Positions 48,766 through 57,763 of a stretch of 64,000 nucleotides of DNA are shown here, in pieces (position 1 is the stretch's first letter; the number at the start of each line of letters is the position of its first letter). Both the position numbers and the translations under genes were made by a program. The notes beneath the pieces were generated by a model that saw only the letters and a list, made by a program, of their open reading frames with translations, was not told where the DNA came from and made no database searches. The stretch covers positions 2,592,001 to 2,656,000 of the forward strand of contig JBKAGP010000001.1 of the NCBI GenBank assembly GCA_046290465.1, given 5' to 3'. The stretch comes from Planctomycetota bacterium (GTDB lineage: Bacteria; Planctomycetota; UBA1135; UBA2386).

Positions 48766-50100
48766 ATGCGCATCACCCTCGTCGTCCACCAGTTCCCGCC
48801 GAACTACTTCACCGGCACCGAGCAGTACGCGCTCAACGTCGGCAGGGAGCTGCAGCGGCGCGGGCACGAGGTCGACGTGTTCTCGCTCGACCCGGCGTTC
48901 GGCGAGGCGACCGGCCCGTGGCGCGAGTCGATCGAGGACGTGCACGGCCTGCGGGTGCGCCGCATCAACTTCTGGATGCAGGTCGGCCGCGACTGGCGCC
49001 GCATGGAGTACCGGCACCCGTGGATGGCCGAGACGTTCGGCCGGCACCTGCGCGATCGCGGGACCGACGTCGTGCACAGCTTCCACCTGCGCCACGTCGG
49101 CGCCGACCTGATCGACCGCGTCGTCGAACAGCGGCGCGGTCTGATCGTGTCGTTGATGGACTTCTGGTTCCTGTGCCCGCGCGTGATCCTGATGAAGCCC
49201 GACGGCAGCACCTGCGACGGCCCGCCGGACGAGGGCCGGGGCTGCATCCCGTGCCATGCGCCGGGGCTCGCCAAGGAGCTGGCCGAGTCGCCGGTCGCCG
49301 CCGAGATCGACGCGCTGCACGTCGCCTCGCGCGGCGAGTCGAAGCCCGCGTGGGAGCTGCGTGCCAAGGCGGCATCGCTGCTCGAACGGCCGCACTACCT
49401 GCGCACCCGGCTGGCCAAGGCCGACACGATCGTCGCGCCGACCGCGTTCTTGCAGGACGTCTTCGTGCGCAACGGCGCGCCGGCCGAGCGCATGCGCCAC
49501 CTGCCCTACGGCGTCGACACCGGCGCGCTCGCCGACGAGGTCGCGAAGCTGCGGCCCGAGGCCCGTCCGCTGACGTTCGGCTTCTTCGGCAGCTACGCGC
49601 CGCACAAGGGGCCGCACGTGCTGGTCGACGCGATGGCGCGGGTCGACGGCGACTGCCGCGCCGTGCTGCGCGGCCGCAGCAGCGACTTCGTCGACTACTC
49701 GACGCCGCTCAAGGAGAACGCCGCACGGGACCCGCGGGTGACCGTCGGCGAGCCGTTCGCGCGTGAGGAGCTGGCCCGGGCGCTGGCCGGGATCGACGTG
49801 CTGGTGGTGCCGAGCACGTGGCACGAGAACGCGCCGTTCGTGGTGCTGGAGGCGCGCGCCGCCGGCCTGCCGGTGCTCGCGAGCCGCTTCGGCGGGCTCA
49901 CCGAGGTCGTGCGCGACGAGGTCGACGGCGAGCTGTTCGCGCCCGGCGACCATGTCGACCTGGCGCGACGGCTGCAGCGGCTGGTCGACGAGCCCGCGCG
50001 CCTGCAGCGCTACCGCGACGCGGTCGCGGCGCCGAAGACACTGCAGGCTGCCGTCGACGAGTTCGAGGCCCTCTACGGCGACGCGTGCCGTTCTCGCTGA
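48766..50100 (+). CDS. Glycosyltransferase family 4
   Basis: HQFPP..TGTE, PHKG, VVPSTWHENAPFVVLEA. Confidence 0.9.
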   Translation: MRITLVVHQFPPNYFTGTEQYALNVGRELQRRGHEVDVFSLDPAFGEATGPWRESIEDVHGLRVRRINFWMQVGRDWRRMEYRHPWMAETFGRHLRDRGTDVVHSFHLRHVGADLIDRVVEQRRGLIVSLMDFWFLCPRVILMKPDGSTCDGPPDEGRGCIPCHAPGLAKELAESPVAAEIDALHVASRGESKPAWELRAKAASLLERPHYLRTRLAKADTIVAPTAFLQDVFVRNGAPAERMRHLPYGVDTGALADEVAKLRPEARPLTFGFFGSYAPHKGPHVLVDAMARVDGDCRAVLRGRSSDFVDYSTPLKENAARDPRVTVGEPFAREELARALAGIDVLVVPSTWHENAPFVVLEARAAGLPVLASRFGGLTEVVRDEVDGELFAPGDHVDLARRLQRLVDEPARLQRYRDAVAAPKTLQAAVDEFEALYGDACRSR

Positions 50101-50119
50101 GCGTGGCTATGCTGCGAGG

Positions 50120-50356
50120 GTGACGAACGAGCCCACCGACCCGGTCGCCGCCGAGTTGCAGCGCCTGCGCGAGAGCATCGACGCGCTGACCGCGCGCGTC
50201 GGCGAACTCGCCGCCGAGAACCAGCGCCTGCACGCGCAGCTGGAAGCCAGCCAGACCGCGCGCACCGACCTGGTCGCCCAGACCGAGCACCTGATCTTCG
50301 AGCTCGACCGCGCCCGCAAGGAACTTCGCCAGCTCAAGCCCGACCAGCCCACCTGA
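50120..50356 (+). CDS. Small coiled-coil protein
   Basis: GTG start; heptad-rich (LQRLRESIDALTARVGELAAENQRLHAQL). Confidence 0.6.
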   Translation: MTNEPTDPVAAELQRLRESIDALTARVGELAAENQRLHAQLEASQTARTDLVAQTEHLIFELDRARKELRQLKPDQPT

Positions 50357-50410
50357 CCCCCGCCGGACCACCCGGTCCGAAAGGTTGGCTCCGGGAGCAA
50401 GCCTTGCGGA

Positions 50411-51379
50411 TCAGCCGATGCCGCGTTCGAGGCGCTTGCCGAGCCAGCGGAAGAACAGGCCCGCGAGGCCCTTGGGATCCGCGCCGGCCTTGGCGCCGAG
50501 GTATTGCCCCCAGCACTGCCACTTGCAGTAGTCGCGCGTCCACTCGAGCGCCGCTGCCTGCTCCTCCGGCGGCAGGCCGAGGCTGCGAACGTATTCGCAG
50601 TGCTCCTTGGTCGAGTGCTCGAGCGCGCCCTTGAGCGCCTCACGGTTCGGGATCCCGACCAGCCCGAACAGGCGCCGCAGGTTGCGATGGTCGCAGAACG
50701 TGCGCTTGCCCTCGCTCCACGCCGAACGGTCGTGGCTGTGGATCACGCAGGCCTCACCCTGGTGCGCGATCGCCAGCCCGGCCTCGATGCAGCGCTTGCC
50801 GAAGTAGACGTCCTCGCCGAACCGCCGCGGGCCGAGCGGAAAGCGCTCCCAGACCGTGCGCCGCACCGCCGACGCGACGTTGTCGAACGCGCTGTGCATC
50901 AACCGGTCGAACGGCTGCAGGTCGTCGAGCTGCTGCCCCGGTTCGAGCTGGCGCTTGCTGAGCACCTCCCCGCGCCCCGGCCAGCCGCGGATCCGGCGGT
51001 CGAGCACCGGCTGGCACTTTGGCCGCGGGATCTGCCGGCACCACACGCCGGCGACGTCCGGATCGTCGAAGCCGGCGACCATCTTTTCGAGCCAGTCCTT
51101 GCCGACCAGGGTCGCGTCCTGCACCAGCAGCACGACGAAGTCGCCGGTCGTCGCGGCGATGCCGCGATCCCGCGTGCTGCCGTGGTCGAACTCGCTCTGC
51201 GGGATCACCTCGACGTCGAACCCGGCATCGCGCAGCCGTTCCTGGGTGCCGTCGGTCGAACCGCTGTCGACCGCGCGCAGTTCGTCGAACCTTCGGCCTT
51301 CGAGAGCCAGGATCGACGCGAGCACTTCGTCGAGCAGCGGGCCCGCGTTCCACGTGGGCATGACGAGGGAGGTGCGCAT
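50411..51379 (-). CDS. Glycosyltransferase family 2 (rhamnosyltransferase-like)
   Basis: VMPTWNAG, DSGSTDGT, FDHGSTR, LVQDA, FGED, IHSH. Confidence 0.9.
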   Translation of the reverse strand: MRTSLVMPTWNAGPLLDEVLASILALEGRRFDELRAVDSGSTDGTQERLRDAGFDVEVIPQSEFDHGSTRDRGIAATTGDFVVLLVQDATLVGKDWLEKMVAGFDDPDVAGVWCRQIPRPKCQPVLDRRIRGWPGRGEVLSKRQLEPGQQLDDLQPFDRLMHSAFDNVASAVRRTVWERFPLGPRRFGEDVYFGKRCIEAGLAIAHQGEACVIHSHDRSAWSEGKRTFCDHRNLRRLFGLVGIPNREALKGALEHSTKEHCEYVRSLGLPPEEQAAALEWTRDYCKWQCWGQYLGAKAGADPKGLAGLFFRWLGKRLERGIG

Positions 51380-51421
51380 GGTCGTCGCCGGGCCGCCGCG
51401 GCGACCCGCCAGGGTTCTCGT

Positions 51422-53644
51422 CTAGCCGAACAGCTTGCGGACCAGGCGCCGCACCTTGCCGCCGGACGGCGGCGTCGGTCGACCGACGGCCTCGGGTGGA
51501 GTCGGCGCTGGCTGTTCCTGCTGCGCGTCCGCCGACTGTGGCTGGGACTTCGGCTGGGACTTCGGCTGGCTCTTCGGCTGGCTCTTCGGCTGGCTCTTCG
51601 GCTGGGACTCCTTGTTCGCCGCCGGCACATGATCCGGCTGGCCGGCCGCCACGCGCGCGATCGACTGGCCGCAGTTCTGGAACAGCGTCGTCAGGATGTC
51701 CCGCTCGCCTTGGCTGGCCTTGGGGTAGTGATGCTGGATCAGCCACCCCATCAGCGCCGGGTGGTTGGGCCAGCCGTCCTGCGCCATCATCGAATCGTCG
51801 CGGACCCGATAGTCGTACAGCACCCGCGGAACGGTCTCACCGGGCAGGTCGCGATCCGCCAGGTCCATCCACAGCGCCCAGTCCTCGTAGCTGATCAGGA
51901 CCTGGTCGTAGCGCAGCCCGGTGTCGACGAACACCGACCGGCGGAAGAACGCCCCCGCGTCGCCGAAGCGGTTGGTCAGCAGGCACGCCTTGCGATCGAA
52001 CGGCAGCGCGTTGTAGGTGCCGTTGACGCCCCCGTCCGAGTGGCGGAAGTGGCGGTTCTGGGGCGCGATGAAGTGCCGATCCGGCAACCTGCACAGCACC
52101 TCCACGCCGCAGCGGGCGTAGTCCGGCCGCGGCAGGTTGTCGGCGTCACAGAACAGCAGGAACTCACCCGTCGCCCGCTCGATGCCGAAGTTGCGCGCCG
52201 AACCGAGGCCACCGTTGGGCTTGCGCAGCACCTGGATGCGCGGATCCTTGGCCTGCTGCCGCGCGAGGATCTCGTCGGCGTCCTCCAGCGGCGAGCCGTC
52301 GCTGATGATCAGCACCTCGAGGTTCAGGTGCGTCTGCGCGACGATCGCGTCGATGGTCGCGTCGACCGTGTCACGATCCTTGTAGAACGGCACGATCACC
52401 GAGACCTTGTGGGCCTCGTGGTCGACCGCCGGCAGCGGCGCCTTCTTGTCGGCCTGCGACTCGATGCGCGCCAGCAGCGCTTCGACGTAGCGCTTCTGCT
52501 CGGAGAACACGCGGATGCGCTCGGCGGCGGCGCGGCCGATCTCGTCGAACCGACCCAGCGCCTGCGTGACGTCCTCGCGGAACACGCGCAGGATGTCCTC
52601 GCTCGAACGCCCGTCGACGTGGAAGCCCGAGACGCCGTGCTCGATCATCTCCCCCATGCCGCCGTGCTTGCTGCCGATCACGACGCGGCCTGCCGCCATC
52701 GCTTCGATGCACGTGTTGGGCCAGTTCTCGAACCGCGACGGGAAGATGCAGACGTCGGCGCTCTGCAGCCGCTGCAGCAACTCCGGCCGCGGCATCGGCG
52801 CCTGGAACTCGACGTTGTCCGGCGCGCGCCTGGCGAGGTAGTCGCGGAACGAGGTGCCGTACGGGGAGTACGGCACGTCGCCGCCGATCATCGTCAAGCG
52901 GCACTCGGGCAGCTGACGGAACGCGTCGATCAGTTCCTCGATGCCCTTGCGCGGCTCGATCCGGCCGTAGTAGAGGATCTCGCAGTCCTCGAGCTTCTGG
53001 CGCGGCGACGGCGGCGTGACGGCGGCGTCGCCGAAGTCCATCGGATACCGGATGATCTCGACGTCGCGCTCGAGACCGAGACGCGCCAGCACCTCGTCAC
53101 GCAGTCCCTGCGACGGGCTGTTGATGACCGGCGCGATCCGGATCGCCTCCTCCTCGATGTTGCACGTCTCGCGGATGTGCAGGTTGGCGCGGTGGACCTG
53201 CCCGTCGTAGGCGAAGCACTCCCACGTCGGCGAGTGGAACATCAACGCCAGCAGCGTGCCCTCGTAGGTGCCGAACTGCCGCTGCTCCTGGAACGTGACG
53301 AAGCCCTCGGCCTCGTAGTCGGCGAACTCGATGTAGTCGTATTCGGTGCCGTTCGCCTTCAACGCCTGCAGCGTCTGGTGCACGAGCCACGAGTAGCCGT
53401 AGTGCGGGTCGGCGTGGAAGAAGCGGGTGCGGACCTCGTTCGGAACCCCTTCGCCGGCGAGCACCACGCGGTCGAACGGCAGGTCGGCGAGCAGCGGCCG
53501 CTCCTTGTCCGGGTCCCACAGCGTGGTCATCAGGTGCACTTCGTGACCGAACGCACGCAGCGCCTTGCCGGCCTCGGCGATGTACGTGCCGATGCCACCG
53601 CCGCGGAGGCCTGCACATTCCTTGCTGACGAAACAGATCTTCAT
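51422..53644 (-). CDS. GT4-GT2 fusion glycosyltransferase
   Basis: GGIGTY, GRIEPRKG, PSRFENWPNTCIEAM (GT4); VSVIVPFY, SDGS, NGGLGSARN, CDADN, YEDW (GT2); SQPK tail repeat. Confidence 0.92.
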   Translation of the reverse strand: MKICFVSKECAGLRGGGIGTYIAEAGKALRAFGHEVHLMTTLWDPDKERPLLADLPFDRVVLAGEGVPNEVRTRFFHADPHYGYSWLVHQTLQALKANGTEYDYIEFADYEAEGFVTFQEQRQFGTYEGTLLALMFHSPTWECFAYDGQVHRANLHIRETCNIEEEAIRIAPVINSPSQGLRDEVLARLGLERDVEIIRYPMDFGDAAVTPPSPRQKLEDCEILYYGRIEPRKGIEELIDAFRQLPECRLTMIGGDVPYSPYGTSFRDYLARRAPDNVEFQAPMPRPELLQRLQSADVCIFPSRFENWPNTCIEAMAAGRVVIGSKHGGMGEMIEHGVSGFHVDGRSSEDILRVFREDVTQALGRFDEIGRAAAERIRVFSEQKRYVEALLARIESQADKKAPLPAVDHEAHKVSVIVPFYKDRDTVDATIDAIVAQTHLNLEVLIISDGSPLEDADEILARQQAKDPRIQVLRKPNGGLGSARNFGIERATGEFLLFCDADNLPRPDYARCGVEVLCRLPDRHFIAPQNRHFRHSDGGVNGTYNALPFDRKACLLTNRFGDAGAFFRRSVFVDTGLRYDQVLISYEDWALWMDLADRDLPGETVPRVLYDYRVRDDSMMAQDGWPNHPALMGWLIQHHYPKASQGERDILTTLFQNCGQSIARVAAGQPDHVPAANKESQPKSQPKSQPKSQPKSQPKSQPQSADAQQEQPAPTPPEAVGRPTPPSGGKVRRLVRKLFG
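51537..51611 (-). repeat. 12-bp tandem repeat, about 6 copies, encoding (SQPK)n
   Basis: GGCTGG(GA/CT)CTTC units on the + strand. Confidence 0.9.
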
Positions 53645-53747
53645 GCCATGCTCGGTCAAAGTCGGGGGATCAGACTAAAGTACTCTGTCGCGGAGACCAG
53701 GGCGTTGCAGCCCTGGATCCGAACGCCTTAGCTGGCACATCGGCCCC

Positions 53748-54509
53748 ATGCCCACGCTACCCCGAAGATTCATCATCCTCGCGAGCCAAAGGACAGGATC
53801 GAACCTGCTGCGCTCGCTGCTTGACTCGCATCCCGATGTCACGGCATATGCCGAGGTCTTCCTGAAGGACCACAGCTGGTTCGAAAACCAACACGGCCCC
53901 AAGGACTCGCCGGCGTTGGTCGCAGAACGAGACGCCGACCCGGTCGCGTTCGCGCAGAAGCACGTGTTCCGCGACTACGAAGAATCGGTCAAGGCCGTCG
54001 GCTTCAAGCTGTTCTATCAGCACGCCCCCGAGGGCGAACACGCCCTCTAGCGCTGGCTGGACGAGATGCCGGACCTCGGAGTGATCCACCTGCGCCGCAA
54101 GAACCTGCTGCGACAGCTGGTCTCGTTCGAAGTAGCCAAGGCAACGAACGTCTACCGCAGCAACAGCCCCAAGACGCCGCGCGTATCGCACGACGAGGTG
54201 GCACTGGAGATCGGCCGCAAACACTGCGAGACGTTCATGCGCCGCACGACGGACGCCGCCCGAGCCGCCTGCGCCCGCCTGTCGAACTGCGAACACCTCG
54301 ACCTCACCTACGAGGAGATGACGGAGTCCCCGGAGGCGACCGAGGCGACGATGCGACGAACGCTCGACTTCCTCGGACTACGGCACATTGCACTGCAGTC
54401 GCAACTGCGCAAGCAGGTCAATCGCCCCGTGCGTGACCTGGTTCGCAACTACGACGAACTCGCCTCCGCATTCGCGAAGACCGAGTGGGCCGACTGCTTC
54501 GACGAGTAG
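53748..54509 (+). pseudogene. Stf0-like sulfotransferase interrupted by one in-frame TAG (54048-54050)
   Basis: 5'-PSB motif ASQRTGSNLL; GFKLFY; continues in the same frame (...HAL*RWLDEMPDLGVIHLRRKNLLRQLVS) through LTYEEM to VRNYDEL. Confidence 0.8.
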
Positions 54510-54521
54510 GCGAGGGCAACG

Positions 54522-55328
54522 ATGAAGGCGAGTCAATCCACCTTTCGGGACGTGATGAGTTCGGGCTACCTGTCGAAGTGGTCGGTCGACAGGCCTGCGG
54601 CGATGTTCGACGGATCGCCGGTGCTGTCGCTGCACCTGCCGAAGACGGCCGGCTCGGCGTTCGGCGAGTTCCTGATCCGCTCGCTGGGCCGGATGTTCCC
54701 GATCGAGCATGGCAGGATCGACGAGACCTTCGAGCAGTTCCTAGAGGCCCCGGGCGAGCACCGGTTCGGCAATGGTCACATCGACTGGTCGCACATCCAA
54801 CGCGCGCTCGACCATCCCCGACCGGTGCACCTCATCACGCTGCTGCGTGAGCCAGTGGCGCGCGCGGTGTCCAACTACACCTACTGCTGCTCGGACAAGC
54901 ACCCAACGAGCGGCGAGTTCCGCAACGCGTTTCCGACGATCGATCGCTACATCGAATGGGGCGGGATGAGCACCAACCTGCAGACCAGACTGATCGCCGG
55001 GCCCGACGTCGAATCGGCCGAGCAGGCCATCGAACGCATCGAATCGACCTACGCGTTCGTCGGCCTGACGGAGTTGTTCAACGCATCCTGCTTCGTCTTC
55101 AGCCTGGCCTTCGGCTGCGAGTTCCGCCTGCCCGAGCGCATGGTCAACGCAGCGAAGGACCGAGCCGAAGAGGACCACGACATCCCGCAGTCCGCCTACG
55201 ACCGCATCCGCGAACAGAACGACCTCGACCTGCCGGTCTGGGAGCACTTCCGACGACGTTACGAGGACCGGATGGACGACCTCGTAACCCTCGGAATGCG
55301 CTCCGCATCCTGGCCAGCCCTCAGGTAG
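54522..55328 (+). CDS. Sulfotransferase (family 2-like)
   Basis: LHLPKTAGS; LREPVARAVSNY; FVGLTE; NDLDL. Confidence 0.88.
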   Translation: MKASQSTFRDVMSSGYLSKWSVDRPAAMFDGSPVLSLHLPKTAGSAFGEFLIRSLGRMFPIEHGRIDETFEQFLEAPGEHRFGNGHIDWSHIQRALDHPRPVHLITLLREPVARAVSNYTYCCSDKHPTSGEFRNAFPTIDRYIEWGGMSTNLQTRLIAGPDVESAEQAIERIESTYAFVGLTELFNASCFVFSLAFGCEFRLPERMVNAAKDRAEEDHDIPQSAYDRIREQNDLDLPVWEHFRRRYEDRMDDLVTLGMRSASWPALR

Positions 55329-55379
55329 ACCCGAGAACGACTGCCGCCGTCCTGCACCCACCATCGACCGATTCCGATC

Positions 55380-56255
55380 ATGAAGCCCCGCTTCGCCGAC
55401 GTTCGCGACAAACTCCGTTTCGTCACGTGGCGCTCCGACGACGAGCCCGATCTCGAGTTGTTCCCGGACTTCATGATCATCGGCCCGCAACGCACCGGCA
55501 CGACCTGGCTGCACGAGAACCTGATCGAGCACCCGCAGGTCCTGATGCTGGTCGAGAAGGAACTCTACTACTTCAACAACCTGCGCACCGACGAGTTCCA
55601 CCCCGCCCACCTGCCGCCCGTGCAGCAGGAGTTGCAGTGGTACCTCGACTTCTTCCGGCCGACGGAGGACTTCGTGGCGCAGCGGGAACGAGAATGCCAG
55701 GAGCGGTACGGCGAGCCCTACGACATCGCCGTGCGAGGTGAAGGCACCGCGACCTACGCGGTCGCGCTGTCGCGGGACCCGCAGATCCTCACCGAGTTGC
55801 TGACGCTCAACCCGCGCATCAAGATCATGACCATGGTGCGCAATCCAGCCGACCGCGCCTGGTCGCACGCGAAGAAGGACCTCGCGAAGCTGCGCAACCG
55901 CAACGTCCAGGACGTTCCCGACAGCGAGTGGCTGGAGTTCTTGCAGCGCGACTACCAGGTCGCCTGTGGTCACTACACGCACTGGACACGTCGCTGGCTC
56001 GAGCGGCTTCCCGAGGAGCAGCTGTTCGTCGGGAGGTTCGACGAGATCGTGAGCTCTCCGGCGAAGCTGCTCTCACGCGCCTACGAGTTCCTCGGCATCC
56101 GCGCCGCCCCCGCCTACGTCGGCAAGGTCGCCAAGCAGCGTGTCAACCCGACCGAGACGGCCGAGATGCCGCCGGCGGTGCAGGAACTGCTCGATTCGCA
56201 GTATGGCGAGGAGATCGAACGCCTGCGAGCGATGGGCATGCTCGAAGGTCCGTGA
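55380..56255 (+). CDS. Sulfotransferase (family 1/3-like)
   Basis: IIGPQRTGTTWL; KELYYF; RNPADRAWS; FLGI. Confidence 0.9.
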   Translation: MKPRFADVRDKLRFVTWRSDDEPDLELFPDFMIIGPQRTGTTWLHENLIEHPQVLMLVEKELYYFNNLRTDEFHPAHLPPVQQELQWYLDFFRPTEDFVAQRERECQERYGEPYDIAVRGEGTATYAVALSRDPQILTELLTLNPRIKIMTMVRNPADRAWSHAKKDLAKLRNRNVQDVPDSEWLEFLQRDYQVACGHYTHWTRRWLERLPEEQLFVGRFDEIVSSPAKLLSRAYEFLGIRAAPAYVGKVAKQRVNPTETAEMPPAVQELLDSQYGEEIERLRAMGMLEGP

Positions 56256-56302
56256 AGCCCGATCGTGCATACCTCCCCTGGTCCTGGTAACGCCAGCCGC
56301 TC

Positions 56303-57640
56303 TCAGCCGCGATCGAGCACCGCGTCCACCAACCGGTGCAGCCGCGACTCACACACGGCGACGTCGAACGACCTCGCCACCGTCGCCGACGCGGCGCGGC
56401 CGAGTCGCCCGCGCAGCGCATCGTCCTCGGCGAGGCGGCGCAGGGCCTGCGCCAGTGCATTCGCGTCGCGCTGCGGCACGACCAGCCCGTCCTCGCCGTC
56501 GGTGACGACCTCGAGCATCGAGCCGGCGTCGGTCACGATCACCGGCGCTCCGGTCGCCATCGCCTCGAGCAGGGCCGTCGGGATGCCGTCCTTGTCGCCG
56601 TCGTCGGTCTCGACGAACGGCGCGACCCAGAACTGGCTCTGCTCGAGGAAGCGGCGCACCTCGCTCTGCGGCTGACGCCCCTCGAAGTGCACGACGTCGG
56701 CGAGGTCGTGCTCACGAACGTAGTCGCGCAGTTGCCGCGCGTAGGCTTCGCTCGCTTCGTTGCCCTTGTCCTCCTCACCGATCAGGTGCAGCTCGACGCG
56801 GGGGCCGCCGTCGCGCTTCAGCAGCCCGACCGCCTCGACCAGGTGCAGCAGGCCCTTCTTCGGCTCGAGCCGCGCCACCGTGACCGCGCGCCACGGCGCT
56901 CCGTCGGTCGGCCGCGAACGCTCGACGTGCGGAAAGTACTGCGAGTCGATCGCGTTGGGCTTGACGACGATCTTGTCCGGATCGATGTCCGGCGCGAGGC
57001 CGAGCAGCTCTTCCTTGATGCGCGCCGACGTCGCGACGACCACGTCGCACAGCCGCAGCTGCATCGGCACCAGCTTGAAGTCGTAGTCCTCGAGCAGGTG
57101 GTCGGCGTACGAGCTGATGCCGCGCGGCAGCTCCAGGATCCAGCCGGCGATCAGCGAGTAGAACGAGCGTTCGTAGAAGAAGTACGAGTGCAGCCACGTC
57201 GGCGCCCACGCCTCGACCATGCGCGTGTACGAGAAGCCGCGCACGAAGTCGTAGTGCCCGCGGATCTCGTCCTCGGCCTTGCCGGTCTCCTTCGCGATCG
57301 CCGCGACCAGCGAGTCGACGCGCTCGGGGAAGCGCTGTCGGTAGTGCTCGTAGTCACGCACGTTGACGTGCCAGTCCATCGGCAGCCGGCAGCGACGCTC
57401 CCACAGATCCTCGAACGCGTCGTGCAGGTCCGAGCGCGGCAGGTCGATGGAGAACGCGTGCCGCACCTCGAGGCCATGGCGCTGCAGCTGGGTCAGCTCC
57501 TGGTAGACGAACGTCTGCGAGTAGATCGGAAACTGGCCGCAGATGGACGCCATCAGGCGCCGGCCACCGTGCTGCTCACGCTCGCGCGCGAGCCGGTCCA
57601 GCAACGCCTCGAAGTCGTCGAGCTGCTGCTGGTCAACCAT
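56303..57640 (-). CDS. Glycosyltransferase family 4 (WcaL-like)
   Basis: FPIYSQTFVYQE, ARLEPKKG, GDKDGIPTALLEAM; start MVDQQQ. Confidence 0.9.
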   Translation of the reverse strand: MVDQQQLDDFEALLDRLAREREQHGGRRLMASICGQFPIYSQTFVYQELTQLQRHGLEVRHAFSIDLPRSDLHDAFEDLWERRCRLPMDWHVNVRDYEHYRQRFPERVDSLVAAIAKETGKAEDEIRGHYDFVRGFSYTRMVEAWAPTWLHSYFFYERSFYSLIAGWILELPRGISSYADHLLEDYDFKLVPMQLRLCDVVVATSARIKEELLGLAPDIDPDKIVVKPNAIDSQYFPHVERSRPTDGAPWRAVTVARLEPKKGLLHLVEAVGLLKRDGGPRVELHLIGEEDKGNEASEAYARQLRDYVREHDLADVVHFEGRQPQSEVRRFLEQSQFWVAPFVETDDGDKDGIPTALLEAMATGAPVIVTDAGSMLEVVTDGEDGLVVPQRDANALAQALRRLAEDDALRGRLGRAASATVARSFDVAVCESRLHRLVDAVLDRG

Positions 57641-57763
57641 GGTGTTCGGACTCCGTCGAAGCTGCGCGCATGGCGCCATGCTCGCTGCGCGCACGTTCGT
57701 GCGCAAGTATCTGGCGACGCGCGTGCTTGCCGCATCCGCAAGCCGGGGTAGGCTTATCCGGCC

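Noticed and set aside
49243..49257. CIPCH in a GT4 (and CAHCCH in the YkgJ protein) as heme-binding motifs
   Set aside because: Cytoplasmic proteins without export signals; the GT paralog has CVSCEH, so this is a Cys cluster rather than a c-heme site
50357..50410. Structured RNA (SRP-like) between convergent genes
   Set aside because: Only two small hairpins in 54 bp; lacks the conserved SRP loop motif; more likely terminator-type structure
50504..53731. 1075-aa + strand ORF
   Set aside because: Antisense to two clear glycosyltransferases
54048..54050. Pyrrolysine or genome-wide TAG recoding
   Set aside because: No pyl genes in view, TAG terminates many genes in the window, and a single-base change from TGG explains it
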